A stretch of DNA of 64,000 nt from a virus: positions 3,945 through 67,944 of the IMG/VR virus record IMGVR_UViG_3300043446_004167, one strand, 5' to 3'. Of the stretch, positions 46,031-57,305 are shown in pieces. The notes beneath the pieces are model-generated. The model worked only from the letters and a program-made list of their open reading frames with translations. It did no database searches and was not told the origin of the DNA. The first letter of the stretch is position 1. Every line of letters starts with the position of its first letter. A program made the translations under genes and the position numbers.

Positions 46031-49000
46031 TTAAAAAAGTAAAGCCGGGATTCTATTTAAATTAGGAGATGAAGAGAGGCCAACTAGACCATTGTCTGCG
46101 TTAACGGTAAAATCAAAGGCTTCGTTTTGGTCTCTATTTTGGAAATCAAATATCTTACTCCAGCTATAATTTCCGTAATAATTTGTAGTTACTCCAGATG
46201 TATTTATAGATATTCCTCCATTTACTGGAACTACGTGGCAAGTTACGGTTACAATTCCCTGAGGTACATTATTATTTTCCACAAAATCAACTCTATATAC
46301 TCCATCTAAAAATGTTTTAGCTGTTCCAATTTTAGATGCTGGATAGTTACTCATTCCACCCAAGTAAGTTGTTATGCCAGTTAAAGCATAACCAGCTAAA
46401 GTTCCTACATTACTATTTTTAATTATAAAATAATCTCCAACTGATAAACCACTATAAGTTATTCCAAAAGTATTTAATGAATCATATCCACTTTCTGAAT
46501 ATTCTGATAATAATTCGAAGCCAATTCTTGGTGAATTTGTACCAATCCCACTATTTGATGTCTTTATTCCAACTATACGACCAAAATCACCAATAGCCTT
46601 GATTGAAGATAGTTCTTCTATTCTATTTTTTGGAGAATCTATAATCACTCCGGGGGAATTAGAACTTGAATATCCATAACCTTCATCTAGAACATTTATG
46701 TCAGTTATTTCGCCATTAGTTACTATAGCTTCTAAAACTGCTCTGTGTAGATTTGGAACCGAATAGAAAATAGTTCCAGAAGTTCCAACTAAAGTTACAT
46801 AAGTTTTTAATACATCATTAACTTCTTTTACATTATTTAAACTCTCATTCGATTCAATATCTTGTTTTACCCAATTAATTAAGTTTATGGATGAGTATAA
46901 TTCACCAACCGTCGAGATTCCAATATAATTTTCTTTGATTTTCAGTATCTTTTTGAATGTTACTGATGGAGTTATGTTAGTTAGAGCTCCCCATATTCTT
47001 CCATTACTTGACGCAGTTCTTATTGAATTATCTGAAGTTGCTATAAATTTATCTCCATCCCAAATTACAGAATAGTAATTACCAGATGATACTGCATTAA
47101 TCCAAGTAGCTCCATTATCGCTGATACTAATTCCACCAATACCTACTGCAACCATTGTATTTGAGTTATAATCAATTCCTTTATAGCTATAGCTTTGTGA
47201 AACTGATTCTATAAATTCTGTAGGAGTTGGTCCATTTGCATAGCATATTTTACCACTGTTTCCAATAGATACCCATCTATTGTGAATTTCATTATAAACA
47301 ACTCCGTTAAACTCACCATCATAAGTACTATCAATTAAATCTTGAAAGAATGGTCCTGCATATACCTCAGATTTAATTCCACATCTCACCCAAGAACTAT
47401 TTTTATTATTTTTAATTAAAATAGAGCCTGAACTTCCAACTGCAACATAAGAATTCTGAGTAGATACTCCGACATCATTTAAATTTATATAATTTTCACT
47501 ATTTAAGTTATCAAATGACCAATTTTTAAAGTCGGTGCTAATTGCAACTAGACTACTACTACCTACTGAAATTATAATATCACCTTGGACTAATGAATTA
47601 AATGCAAAAGATGTATTAACACCAGAGCTATAACTCCAATTATAGAAAGGATCTGCTATATTTGGAGATGAAATTGAAATATTTGGAGAATTATCATAAC
47701 CAAAACCTCCAGATATTATGTTAATTGAACTTATAGTTGAAGAACTTGATACATTAACTTGAATATCTGCAAGATTGAAACTTGAAGAATCTATAATATT
47801 CACTTTTCTTTGGTCTTCTAATATTTGACCTATTGAGTTATCGAGCTCAATGAACAATGGATATGCATTATCTACATAGACCTTATTATCTTCTTTATTA
47901 AAATTCCAAATTAATTTCGCACTTGGATATATTTTAGAAGAATTATTTCTTCTTGATTTAGTTATCAATGCTCCATTTATAACTCTATCATTTTTTTGTT
48001 TAGTCCAGCTAATTGGCTTTACAGTAAGCCCATTTCTGCCAGCTCCTGAGTATGGGAAGGTGTCTAATTCATTTGTGGATACTATGCGTTTAACTACTCT
48101 ATCATCTTGCTCATAATCAGTTAAAGTTAATTCACTATCTTCTATTCTTAGAGTATCTCCAATCTTTATTGTTTCTGGGGGGACAATTAGGTCTACGTCA
48201 TAAATTGAACCCTGATAGAAAAGTATCATACAAGTTGATTCTTCTTTTGGAGGCTCTTTGAATGATAACAAACCATTTAAGTAAATATATGATTCATTTG
48301 GAACCTGTAAAATATCATTGATGTATACTAGTAGATTATTTTCAATCTTTATATTTACATTTTTATTTTTAAATACAACTTTTCTTCTTTCACCCTCAAC
48401 TGTGGTAATTAAATCAAAATCAGTTCTAATAGAGTCAAATTGTGATGATATATCTTCAAATTGTACAAATTGCCCTAGATACATTCCAGAAAATGAGTCT
48501 GAATATGTCTCAGTGACTGTAATCTTCAATTCTTCAAAATTGTTACCTACGCCAGAATCAGTAACTAGTCCAACTACATTTAATACTTCTCCAACTTTAT
48601 AGTTAAACCCGGAATTAGTTATTTCTATTTTACTAATACTTGAATCATCATCTACTACAATTGATACCTTAGCCTCAGTTCCTATTCCATTTAATGAATC
48701 ATAATTAAGACTTAGTTCATAATAGGGAATAGGTTCATCTATTTTAACTTCGGGGGTATTATCACTTGTATATCCAACTCCAGGATTTGTTATAATTAAA
48801 CTCGTAACAGAGCCAGAAGCTCCTACTACTGCTGTTATAGATGCACCATATCCAGTCTCTGTTATCAATTCGATATTAGGAGGAGTTCTATATCCACTTC
48901 CTCGTCCATTTAAGTATACATTTGATATTGTTCCAGCTGCAGAGACAGATACAGTAGCCCCAGCTGCGACTAAAGGTTGATATCCAAATCCTTTATTTGC

Positions 49001-52000
49001 ACTAAATGTTAGAATTTTTCCAATTTTTGGAGATTCATCTATGAAATTAATTTCATTAGATGAAGAATTTAAGATATCAAAAGAATAATTCGGAACTTGT
49101 GGTACATTATTAATCAATATAATTGGATTATTGTTTAAATCTCCTCCACTTTCACTATTTGTATTTGTATATACACCTACTATAGTCTCTCCTTCTTGTT
49201 TAAGTTTAAATGAACTAACCCCGACAAATTGGTCAGAAATATCATCAAATATTACATTTTTATCATTAGGTCTTGTTGGGCTAGATGTTCTATTAAATAA
49301 TCTACCATTAAATTTAGATGAAATTTCTATTCCTGGTAATCCTGATGGTCCAAATGGAGGAGAAGTGAAATAAATTATATCTTCTTTGATTGAATAATTA
49401 CCATTGTATACATAAGCAGTTTGTATACCAGAATGGTCTTTAATATCACTTCCTAAAAATGCTCTTTCTACTTCAATTGAGTTTTCTTCATTAATTCCTA
49501 TTGTTTTTATTCTTAAATATTCATCTTCTATTTTTAAAACATTGGAAGGCGTAATGGAATTTATTCCACTACTTACAAATAATACAGTTGATGAAATTCC
49601 TACATCTGAACTCAAATCCAATTTAATACTAGTTTTATAAATTGGAGCCTGAATAATATTATCAATTGTAAGTAAAACATTAGAATTTGGAGAACTAAAA
49701 CTAAATTTATGAATTCCAGAACCAGTTGACGTTAAGATGAGTGGGCTACTTGTTGATAATCCAGATACTTTAAATCTAGTATTAGAAATTTTAGTGACAT
49801 ATAGAGTGGATGGTAGCTTATCAGTTGACACTCCACCTGTAACTAAACTTGTAGTTTGAATCCCTATTTTGGTCCCTCCAATATTTTCATATTTAATAAT
49901 TTGACCATTTTCGAAAGAATTTGGAATTGATATGCAGTTAGGTGCTCCTATTAATACTCCAGAAGTATTAGTTGATATTGCTAATACTGGTGAATTATTT
50001 TCAGATAGTATTCTAAATGAAGTGATTCCAGATATTTTGTTCTGATTGAGATTTCTTCTTACTTCCAAATTTTGAGTTGTACTTCCAGAATAAAGTCTGT
50101 GTGGATGTAAAGTTCTTACACTGTTTATACCTATTGATATGATTTTAGTATCATTCGGAAATTCGTGATAAGTTGAATATCCAATTTTATCCCCTACTAT
50201 CAATCCTACAGTCGATACTCCTAGATATTCCCTCTGATTTGAATTAAATGTAAATACTCTTTCACCTAAACTATATGAGTCGTAAGACCCATCAAATTCA
50301 GAAGCTAATTTTAAATTAGTAACAGTATTAGTTTTATTTAAATAATATGGAATTAATTCTAGACCATTTACTAATGAGTCTCCTTTAACTGCAACTGGCC
50401 AAAGGTTACTTCCAGAACCAAAGTAAATTCTTTGTGTTGGATTTCTTACAGGTGAACCTTCATTTACAACAGTAAAGTTATTTTTTGTATGAATATATGA
50501 TTCTTTTTCTATATTTACATTGAAATTTAAAGTTGAATTTGTAGAGTTGAGTTTAAGTCTATTCTTAGGCTTACTTACGATTTGAAGGTCTGAAAACTCT
50601 TTAAAACCAGATGGATGTATTATTGATTTTACTGGCTCTTTCCAATCTTCATATTGAGTATGTCCTTTTATTGAATATGAAAAATCTTGATAGTAATTAC
50701 TATCTTGTATTTTCTTTAAATCACTATTTAAATCAGTAATATTATCTTTATAATTTATTTTATCTCTCGAAACTCCTAATTTTGCTTTAATATTAAATGA
50801 ATTCAAATAAATTACTTTCGAATTTATTAATGATTGCTCTCCATATAGTACATCATTAATTTCTAGTTTACCTAAAGCCTTAGTTATTTTTAATTCACTT
50901 TTTTCTCGATTCCAACCATTGTTATCTAAAACTTGTCCTGTAAATTTGATATTTCCATTTTCATCTAAAGTTTTTACTGTTTCTCCATTTATGTAATCAC
51001 AAGACTCTAGTTCCATTTCAAAAATGGCTATATCATTTTTATTTACAACAGTTCCATATCCAGAATCAATAGTATAAGTACCATAAGTTTCATTATTTAT
51101 TTTATAATCAACTCTTCCTAGATTTGTGTTTATACCTACAACTTCGAAGTAAGAATAGTCATTATCAGAAGAATTATAGTTTTTATAGTTGATTGTTGTT
51201 TCTTTTATTTTGCAATTTTCTATAAAAATTAAATCTCCTACTTTAAATGGATACTTAATAGTAGGATCTCCATAATCATTATACATTAAAGGGAAATTAG
51301 TAGTATCTAATTCAATTCTATTAATTGTTGAAGATACTTTATAAATGTTTAAAATATCTACTCCATTCGAATTATTAATTGGAATTATGGGTAAAGGTTC
51401 TTCTAAATTGTTAGGAGTTTTCTCTACAACTACTCTGTCAACCGAGTAATTCTTGAGAGCTGTTCTTAATAAAATATCATCTCGGCCAATGACTTTTAAT
51501 GTAGGAGGAGTATTGTAGTTTACACCTCGACTTAATACATTAACTCTTTTTATCTTTTTATTATTTCTTATAACGCAAATTTGATTAGTACCAAGTCTTG
51601 GCTGTAAGGTGTAGTCAGTTGGATAATCAAATCCGTCTTTAATCCTCTGAACAGTATCAATTTTTCCGATTTTACTTGAGAACGGAATAATTATTGCATT
51701 TTTTCCATTCTCTGTAATTGTCTCCTTAATAGCAGGTAGTTCTTTATAAAATAAACTAGAATAAATTATTTTTATATCTGAAATACCGCCACCGGCTGTC
51801 AATGAATTAGTTAAATATGAGATATTAGAAGCCGATAATGGCTTAACTGGTATATTATTATCTACAGCATATTTTATAAATGATGGTTTTTTAATATTAA
51901 ATTTAAATTCATCAGAATCAACTACATCTATGTTATATGACCCATTTAGATCAAATTTCAAGACATAATATTCCCAAGTATCAATAGGAGCTTTTAATTT

Positions 52001-55000
52001 TATTGAATCTCCATCTGATAATTGATGGTTTGTATTTGTTATAATATTTACATTTGTATGCTCTACATTGCCATTTATAGTTCTTCCTTTATATTCAAAA
52101 GAATGTATTTCATTTGAATTGTATTGATTTTCTCTAAATGTTAAACAAGTCGTAGATGATGCTACTGTAGATATACCTAGAATATCTCTTCCTAATTTAA
52201 CTGCATATAATTCTTGATTATCTTGAAGTCTGTAAGTACTTGAAGTTGGAGTATTACTTACCAATAATCCATCAAAATTTGAGTTTTTATTATAAACTAT
52301 TTTTTGATTAGTTCTGTAATTATGGTCAGGAATGTATATGGATTGAGTATTTACTAAGTATGATTCACCAATTTCTACATTGTTAATATAACTTCCAGTC
52401 GTTCCAAGACCAACTGAGTATCTTGGATTAAAATATTTTTTATTTGATATGGTTAAAGTTTCTGTGATGTTTTTAACATCAAACTCGAACTTAGAAGGTA
52501 ATAAAGTTACACTAGAGGCAATAGAAGTATGAACTCCAATATTTTCTCTTCTATAGATATAGAATTTTGATTGCTCTGGTATGACTTCTAATATAGATGC
52601 AATTTCATTATCAATTTTGATATAATCATCTACGTCAAACCCAGTGACATCATCGACAGTTATGTAAGTTACAATTCCACTTGATGGTAAATTTGATAAT
52701 AGTTTTACTTTCTTTTGTAATACATTAACTTTCTGATCACCTAATAATGATGAATTATTTGAAGTTTTAATGTAAATAAAATCATTATGATTAATTAAAT
52801 TATATGTTGATGAAATTCCTATGATTTTATTGTTACCATTTTTAAATATAACATTTGAATAAGTTGTAACTCCAACATTAATTGAGGCAACATCCTTACC
52901 TTTAATTTCAGTTACTTTTGAATTTAAATCTATATTTTGTTCATCATCAGTTGAGAATATAAATCTATCATTTACTTTGTAATCTGTTCCAGGTTCTACA
53001 ACTTCTAGACTTTCAACATTAGAATTTAAAGTATTGCTAACAATAACATCCTGTTTATATGTTTCATCTATAGAATTTATAGAATTATAATTTGAATTAT
53101 TCGATAACAGATAAAGCGGGCCTGTGTTCTTTACAGCCTCTTTATCTGATAAATTTATATTTTGATTATACCCTGAATCATAATTTAGGGGATTTGGGTC
53201 ATTTTTAAATTCTGTGCCAATAACATAAGGGTATTCTGGATTATTTAATGCATCCAGAGTCATAAAATAAGCATAAGTTCCATTTGGGAATTCATCATTT
53301 ATGATGAACATTCCATTATTTTCATCCAATGTAGATTTATCTTCAAGATACTCATAGTCTTGAATAAAATATCCACTTGGGAATGGAGGTCTCTTGCGAT
53401 TATTTCTTAGAGTATTATTTAATGGATTTAATCTATAACTACTTCTTACCGTGGATGTATTAACTCCATTTTTAATGTATGGGCCATAAATTGGATTCCC
53501 ATCATAAGCCCACCCTACAATTGGAGAGGTATTTTCTCCTACATCATAAATATCATTTCTTAATTTATTTGAAGGAAAGAAATTAATGTATTGTAATGAA
53601 TTTTTAACATTTGGACTTGGGATTATAAAATCATTCAGCCTTTCATTTTTAAAATATTGATTTACTGTCCACTTTTTAACATTTGCTAAAAACTTTGCGT
53701 CCTTTCCTCTTTTTTTCGCATATATCAATGTTGTATTCTTATTATATCCAACTCCTTGGTCTAGAACTACAACTTTTGTTATCTTTTTATTCTCTACTAT
53801 TGGATATAATTTAGCATACTTACCTTCCCCTTCTACTATAATATCAATATCATTACTATAATTATTTCCTGTATTTAATATTTGAACATCTACTATTTTG
53901 TTATCTATAATTACTGGCTTGAAAACAGCATTTGATGAAAAATTATTGTATAAATCTTTTTCATTTTTTAAAGAAATTTCAGGATGAATTTGAACACCTT
54001 TTACATCTGAAATTCCATATCCAACACCATAATTTTCTATGAATATACTTTCGTAACTACCTAGTACTACTGGCTTTAGAGTAGGAGGCTTTAATGAATT
54101 AGATGAGCCTACTGTAGATATTAAAATTTTAATGGGAGGGTACTTAAATGTGTGAGTTCCCACTCCTACTGAGTTTAAAGATACATAAACTTTATTTAAA
54201 TAATTAGTGTCATCTGGAATATCAGTATATCCAGCGTTTGATAATTTGAATGTATCTTCATCTATGACGGTTACATAATATTGAGAGGTTGTACCTAAAC
54301 CTACGATTGAAGTTCCTGTTGATTTATAAACGATTAAATCTTTTTCTTTAAGATTATGATTTTTTGCGTAAATGTAATCTAAATCTATATTGATTCCGTT
54401 TATGTTTTCACTATTTGGATATCTTCTTGATGGAATAGATACGGTTTTTTCATATAATTCTGAGTTGTAATCTTCAATATAAACCTTGTCTATTACGTTT
54501 TTAATATTTAATGTTCTAAAATATTGAATTCCGCTACTTACTCCTACTGCTGGAGCTAAATCTCCAATAAAATTTACTTTATTCAATGCATCATTATCGG
54601 TTCTATACAAAGAAATAGTATTTAATCCTACAACTCCAACGTAATAAGATGAATTTGTAACTAATCCAACTACATTTGGATAATTATTTGGAAAATATAT
54701 TACTTCTTCCCCATTCTCAAAATTGTGCTCAGTTAAAAAGGTTATAGTCGTACTCGCTATACTCACATCATTTGGAGTAAAATAAGCTGTTATATTTTTT
54801 TTAACTAGATTTGATTCTAATCTTACACTTCCCTTTTGGTTTCCACCCACTAAAGATAATTTTGGCTTTTCATTATAACCAATTCCTGGAGATAATACCA
54901 AAACATCTTTTAATTTACCTTTTAAATTTCCATAAATTTTAGCACTTGTTCCCGCTCCAACAACATCTTCAATTAAGATGTCAGAGGTATTAATTAAATC

Positions 55001-55156
55001 ATAATCAGTACCACCATTTAATATGTTAACCTCGGCCAATTCTCCAAAATAAATGGTTTCATTCAAAACTGAAGGTGAATATAATTCAACCCCATCTATT
55101 GATAGACCGATAGGCTTATTCAATGTTGATTTATTATTATCTTCTGTGTTTGCCAT
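46031..55156 (-). CDS. gp7: baseplate wedge initiator gp7-like, C-terminal part (about 3041 aa; ATG 55156 preferred over GTG 55165)
   Basis: YHYH-like GWAYDGNPIYGPY, QDS.YYQ.FSY...HPSGFK motif, many G.GY repeats, beta-propeller-like insert, AGGAGG SD at 55167-55172. Confidence 0.8.
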   Translation of the reverse strand: MANTEDNNKSTLNKPIGLSIDGVELYSPSVLNETIYFGELAEVNILNGGTDYDLINTSDILIEDVVGAGTSAKIYGNLKGKLKDVLVLSPGIGYNEKPKLSLVGGNQKGSVRLESNLVKKNITAYFTPNDVSIASTTITFLTEHNFENGEEVIYFPNNYPNVVGLVTNSSYYVGVVGLNTISLYRTDNDALNKVNFIGDLAPAVGVSSGIQYFRTLNIKNVIDKVYIEDYNSELYEKTVSIPSRRYPNSENINGINIDLDYIYAKNHNLKEKDLIVYKSTGTSIVGLGTTSQYYVTVIDEDTFKLSNAGYTDIPDDTNYLNKVYVSLNSVGVGTHTFKYPPIKILISTVGSSNSLKPPTLKPVVLGSYESIFIENYGVGYGISDVKGVQIHPEISLKNEKDLYNNFSSNAVFKPVIIDNKIVDVQILNTGNNYSNDIDIIVEGEGKYAKLYPIVENKKITKVVVLDQGVGYNKNTTLIYAKKRGKDAKFLANVKKWTVNQYFKNERLNDFIIPSPNVKNSLQYINFFPSNKLRNDIYDVGENTSPIVGWAYDGNPIYGPYIKNGVNTSTVRSSYRLNPLNNTLRNNRKRPPFPSGYFIQDYEYLEDKSTLDENNGMFIINDEFPNGTYAYFMTLDALNNPEYPYVIGTEFKNDPNPLNYDSGYNQNINLSDKEAVKNTGPLYLLSNNSNYNSINSIDETYKQDVIVSNTLNSNVESLEVVEPGTDYKVNDRFIFSTDDEQNIDLNSKVTEIKGKDVASINVGVTTYSNVIFKNGNNKIIGISSTYNLINHNDFIYIKTSNNSSLLGDQKVNVLQKKVKLLSNLPSSGIVTYITVDDVTGFDVDDYIKIDNEIASILEVIPEQSKFYIYRRENIGVHTSIASSVTLLPSKFEFDVKNITETLTISNKKYFNPRYSVGLGTTGSYINNVEIGESYLVNTQSIYIPDHNYRTNQKIVYNKNSNFDGLLVSNTPTSSTYRLQDNQELYAVKLGRDILGISTVASSTTCLTFRENQYNSNEIHSFEYKGRTINGNVEHTNVNIITNTNHQLSDGDSIKLKAPIDTWEYYVLKFDLNGSYNIDVVDSDEFKFNIKKPSFIKYAVDNNIPVKPLSASNISYLTNSLTAGGGISDIKIIYSSLFYKELPAIKETITENGKNAIIIPFSSKIGKIDTVQRIKDGFDYPTDYTLQPRLGTNQICVIRNNKKIKRVNVLSRGVNYNTPPTLKVIGRDDILLRTALKNYSVDRVVVEKTPNNLEEPLPIIPINNSNGVDILNIYKVSSTINRIELDTTNFPLMYNDYGDPTIKYPFKVGDLIFIENCKIKETTINYKNYNSSDNDYSYFEVVGINTNLGRVDYKINNETYGTYTIDSGYGTVVNKNDIAIFEMELESCDYINGETVKTLDENGNIKFTGQVLDNNGWNREKSELKITKALGKLEINDVLYGEQSLINSKVIYLNSFNIKAKLGVSRDKINYKDNITDLNSDLKKIQDSNYYQDFSYSIKGHTQYEDWKEPVKSIIHPSGFKEFSDLQIVSKPKNRLKLNSTNSTLNFNVNIEKESYIHTKNNFTVVNEGSPVRNPTQRIYFGSGSNLWPVAVKGDSLVNGLELIPYYLNKTNTVTNLKLASEFDGSYDSYSLGERVFTFNSNQREYLGVSTVGLIVGDKIGYSTYHEFPNDTKIISIGINSVRTLHPHRLYSGSTTQNLEVRRNLNQNKISGITSFRILSENNSPVLAISTNTSGVLIGAPNCISIPNSFENGQIIKYENIGGTKIGIQTTSLVTGGVSTDKLPSTLYVTKISNTRFKVSGLSTSSPLILTSTGSGIHKFSFSSPNSNVLLTIDNIIQAPIYKTSIKLDLSSDVGISSTVLFVSSGINSITPSNVLKIEDEYLRIKTIGINEENSIEVERAFLGSDIKDHSGIQTAYVYNGNYSIKEDIIYFTSPPFGPSGLPGIEISSKFNGRLFNRTSSPTRPNDKNVIFDDISDQFVGVSSFKLKQEGETIVGVYTNTNSESGGDLNNNPIILINNVPQVPNYSFDILNSSSNEINFIDESPKIGKILTFSANKGFGYQPLVAAGATVSVSAAGTISNVYLNGRGSGYRTPPNIELITETGYGASITAVVGASGSVTSLIITNPGVGYTSDNTPEVKIDEPIPYYELSLNYDSLNGIGTEAKVSIVVDDDSSISKIEITNSGFNYKVGEVLNVVGLVTDSGVGNNFEELKITVTETYSDSFSGMYLGQFVQFEDISSQFDSIRTDFDLITTVEGERRKVVFKNKNVNIKIENNLLVYINDILQVPNESYIYLNGLLSFKEPPKEESTCMILFYQGSIYDVDLIVPPETIKIGDTLRIEDSELTLTDYEQDDRVVKRIVSTNELDTFPYSGAGRNGLTVKPISWTKQKNDRVINGALITKSRRNNSSKIYPSAKLIWNFNKEDNKVYVDNAYPLFIELDNSIGQILEDQRKVNIIDSSSFNLADIQVNVSSSSTISSINIISGGFGYDNSPNISISSPNIADPFYNWSYSSGVNTSFAFNSLVQGDIIISVGSSSLVAISTDFKNWSFDNLNSENYINLNDVGVSTQNSYVAVGSSGSILIKNNKNSSWVRCGIKSEVYAGPFFQDLIDSTYDGEFNGVVYNEIHNRWVSIGNSGKICYANGPTPTEFIESVSQSYSYKGIDYNSNTMVAVGIGGISISDNGATWINAVSSGNYYSVIWDGDKFIATSDNSIRTASSNGRIWGALTNITPSVTFKKILKIKENYIGISTVGELYSSINLINWVKQDIESNESLNNVKEVNDVLKTYVTLVGTSGTIFYSVPNLHRAVLEAIVTNGEITDINVLDEGYGYSSSNSPGVIIDSPKNRIEELSSIKAIGDFGRIVGIKTSNSGIGTNSPRIGFELLSEYSESGYDSLNTFGITYSGLSVGDYFIIKNSNVGTLAGYALTGITTYLGGMSNYPASKIGTAKTFLDGVYRVDFVENNNVPQGIVTVTCHVVPVNGGISINTSGVTTNYYGNYSWSKIFDFQNRDQNEAFDFTVNADNGLVGLSSSPNLNRIPALLF

Positions 55157-55174
55157 TAAAGGCACTCCTCCTTT

Positions 55175-57304
55175 TTATAACGCATTGGATTCATAAGCGT
55201 CTTTAATATTATTTATTTGATTACCAGATGTTCTTAAATTACGTCTGGCTGATTTTTGAACCTCAAACTCCTTTAACAGCAATTGATTTTTATATTGATT
55301 TTCTAAATCTTTAAATCTAAAAATAGTTATTTTTCCAAGTAAAATTCCAGGAGAAGGTACAGTTAATGGAACTGCTCTTTCTCTTTTTTGTTCATCGGTA
55401 GAATAACTTAAAATTAAATCACCAGTACTTTTAAATAAACTCACTCTATTATTTGTCCTTACTCTAATAAAATAATAACCAGACTCAATTCCTTCATATT
55501 CCGTTTCTAAGTAAACTTTTTCACCACTTATCAAATAATGAACAACTGAAGTATTGGGGTCTATGGACGTACTTAAATTATTTGAATCTTTTGTTAAATA
55601 TGTAGTTCCTGTTAGATTTACGCTCACTAGATTAAATTCATATCGATTTAATCTTTCAGAATCAAGATTACGTGGTAATCCAGATGATGTAACTAGAACT
55701 GTATCATCTTTATAACTTAAATATGTGCTTTGAGTATATGCAGATTCATTTGAGTTTAAAACACTCTTTTCTATAATTCTTTTAACTTTTATTACACTGC
55801 CTGATGGGATTACTCTTGTTTTTATTACATTTGGTGCCAAAACTTCTTCTATAACTGTAGAAAAAGGATCATCTTCTTCTCTAATGAGTAATATTTCTTC
55901 ATTTTTTCTAAATTTTACATTATCATACAATATTATAATATTTACTTCTTCATCTATAGACTTTATGTTATGATATATTGGGTAGTTATAAACCCAACAA
56001 TTAAATTCTGGTCTAGATGTATAATTATCCCCAAAATTGGTTAAATATAAAGTATCATTTACTTTAGACGCATATGACTCTGAAAAATCAAAATTTTCTA
56101 TTAAATTTAATAGTCTAAAGCTTATTGTATTAGTATCATCAATATCAATATTCACCAAATTATTTTCAATAATTCTATCGCCTTCCTTGAGTATAGACAT
56201 ATCTTCATCTATATTTAAGAATTTGTTAATTGTCTTCCCAGAATAATTAAAACTTGTATATTGAATTTCTCCATTTATATCTCTAATCTTTACATAAACT
56301 TCACCTTCATTTGGAAATCCAATCGTAGAATCTACTATAATTCCATCATCTACAACTTCGTGTACAGATGTGGTATTAGTTACATTAAAGTTATAAATTA
56401 AGGACTCTTCATCTAAAGAAAGTTCATACAAACTTAAATCATCAGTTGGTCTAAACTCAACATTATAAATTGAAGCACTAGCTCTATTACCTGAAGGTAA
56501 ATCCTGATATATTGTTTTACCTATTAAACTAAGTGGTTCTATAACAATATTTAAGGGTTCTATTAATATATTTTTGGTTACAATCGTATTTTTGTCTTCA
56601 GTTCTTATTACAAATTCTTTTGGTTTAAATACTTCAACTGAGTCTCCAAATAAAACTTCAAATAGTATTTTGAATGAAATATCTGAACCTTTCGTTAGAT
56701 AGAAATCTCTAGCTCTACTTAATAATAATTCTAACCCAACTTTTGTGGATAATTCTCTTTTTTCAAAGTCTGGAAAATAATGTGCTTTAAATTTTTCAAA
56801 TAATTTATTGTAGAATATTAGATTTAAATTTGTAACCTTGGTCTTAGAATTGTGATAATTTGCACTAGATTTTGTAAAAGTTAATCCAGATGAATTAGGA
56901 ACATCAGAAATTGCAGTAATTCCACTAAATCCTCTATAGCAATTTACAAAAGAATCTTCAGTCTTTTCTAGATATGTAATAATTTCATCATCTATTTGTA
57001 ATAGCCCGTACTTATCTGGAAACCCCTCTGTCGAGTTTACTTGAATAGTAGTCTCAAATGCAGTGACATCTTCTATCAAATAGCAATAATCGAATCCATT
57101 CTCAAGATTAAAGATGCCAGAAGTATATGTCTCTATGTTTTTATATCTTGAAAGATTAGAAGTAACATCTAGTAGTCCAGTTTCGTGGGACTGTGAGATA
57201 TAATACTGCTTAAGAAATTCTTGAAATAAATTGGATTCTGATGATAAGAATTGAGGTATTTGAGTACCTAAAATATCTTCTATCTTTACTTTTCTAGTTG
57301 ACAT
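55175..57304 (-). CDS. gp7: baseplate wedge initiator gp7-like, N-terminal part
   Basis: QIP.F...F.EFLKQYY.SQ and ARDFY..KGS..SFKILF..LFG; follows gp6 and is in frame with the downstream ORF. Confidence 0.75.
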   Translation of the reverse strand: MSTRKVKIEDILGTQIPQFLSSESNLFQEFLKQYYISQSHETGLLDVTSNLSRYKNIETYTSGIFNLENGFDYCYLIEDVTAFETTIQVNSTEGFPDKYGLLQIDDEIITYLEKTEDSFVNCYRGFSGITAISDVPNSSGLTFTKSSANYHNSKTKVTNLNLIFYNKLFEKFKAHYFPDFEKRELSTKVGLELLLSRARDFYLTKGSDISFKILFEVLFGDSVEVFKPKEFVIRTEDKNTIVTKNILIEPLNIVIEPLSLIGKTIYQDLPSGNRASASIYNVEFRPTDDLSLYELSLDEESLIYNFNVTNTTSVHEVVDDGIIVDSTIGFPNEGEVYVKIRDINGEIQYTSFNYSGKTINKFLNIDEDMSILKEGDRIIENNLVNIDIDDTNTISFRLLNLIENFDFSESYASKVNDTLYLTNFGDNYTSRPEFNCWVYNYPIYHNIKSIDEEVNIIILYDNVKFRKNEEILLIREEDDPFSTVIEEVLAPNVIKTRVIPSGSVIKVKRIIEKSVLNSNESAYTQSTYLSYKDDTVLVTSSGLPRNLDSERLNRYEFNLVSVNLTGTTYLTKDSNNLSTSIDPNTSVVHYLISGEKVYLETEYEGIESGYYFIRVRTNNRVSLFKSTGDLILSYSTDEQKRERAVPLTVPSPGILLGKITIFRFKDLENQYKNQLLLKEFEVQKSARRNLRTSGNQINNIKDAYESNAL

Positions 57305-57305
57305 A

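Noticed and set aside
55175-55177. Genome-wide stop-codon reassignment
   Set aside because: TAA, TAG and TGA all end normal-length conserved genes, so the gp7 stop is a local event.
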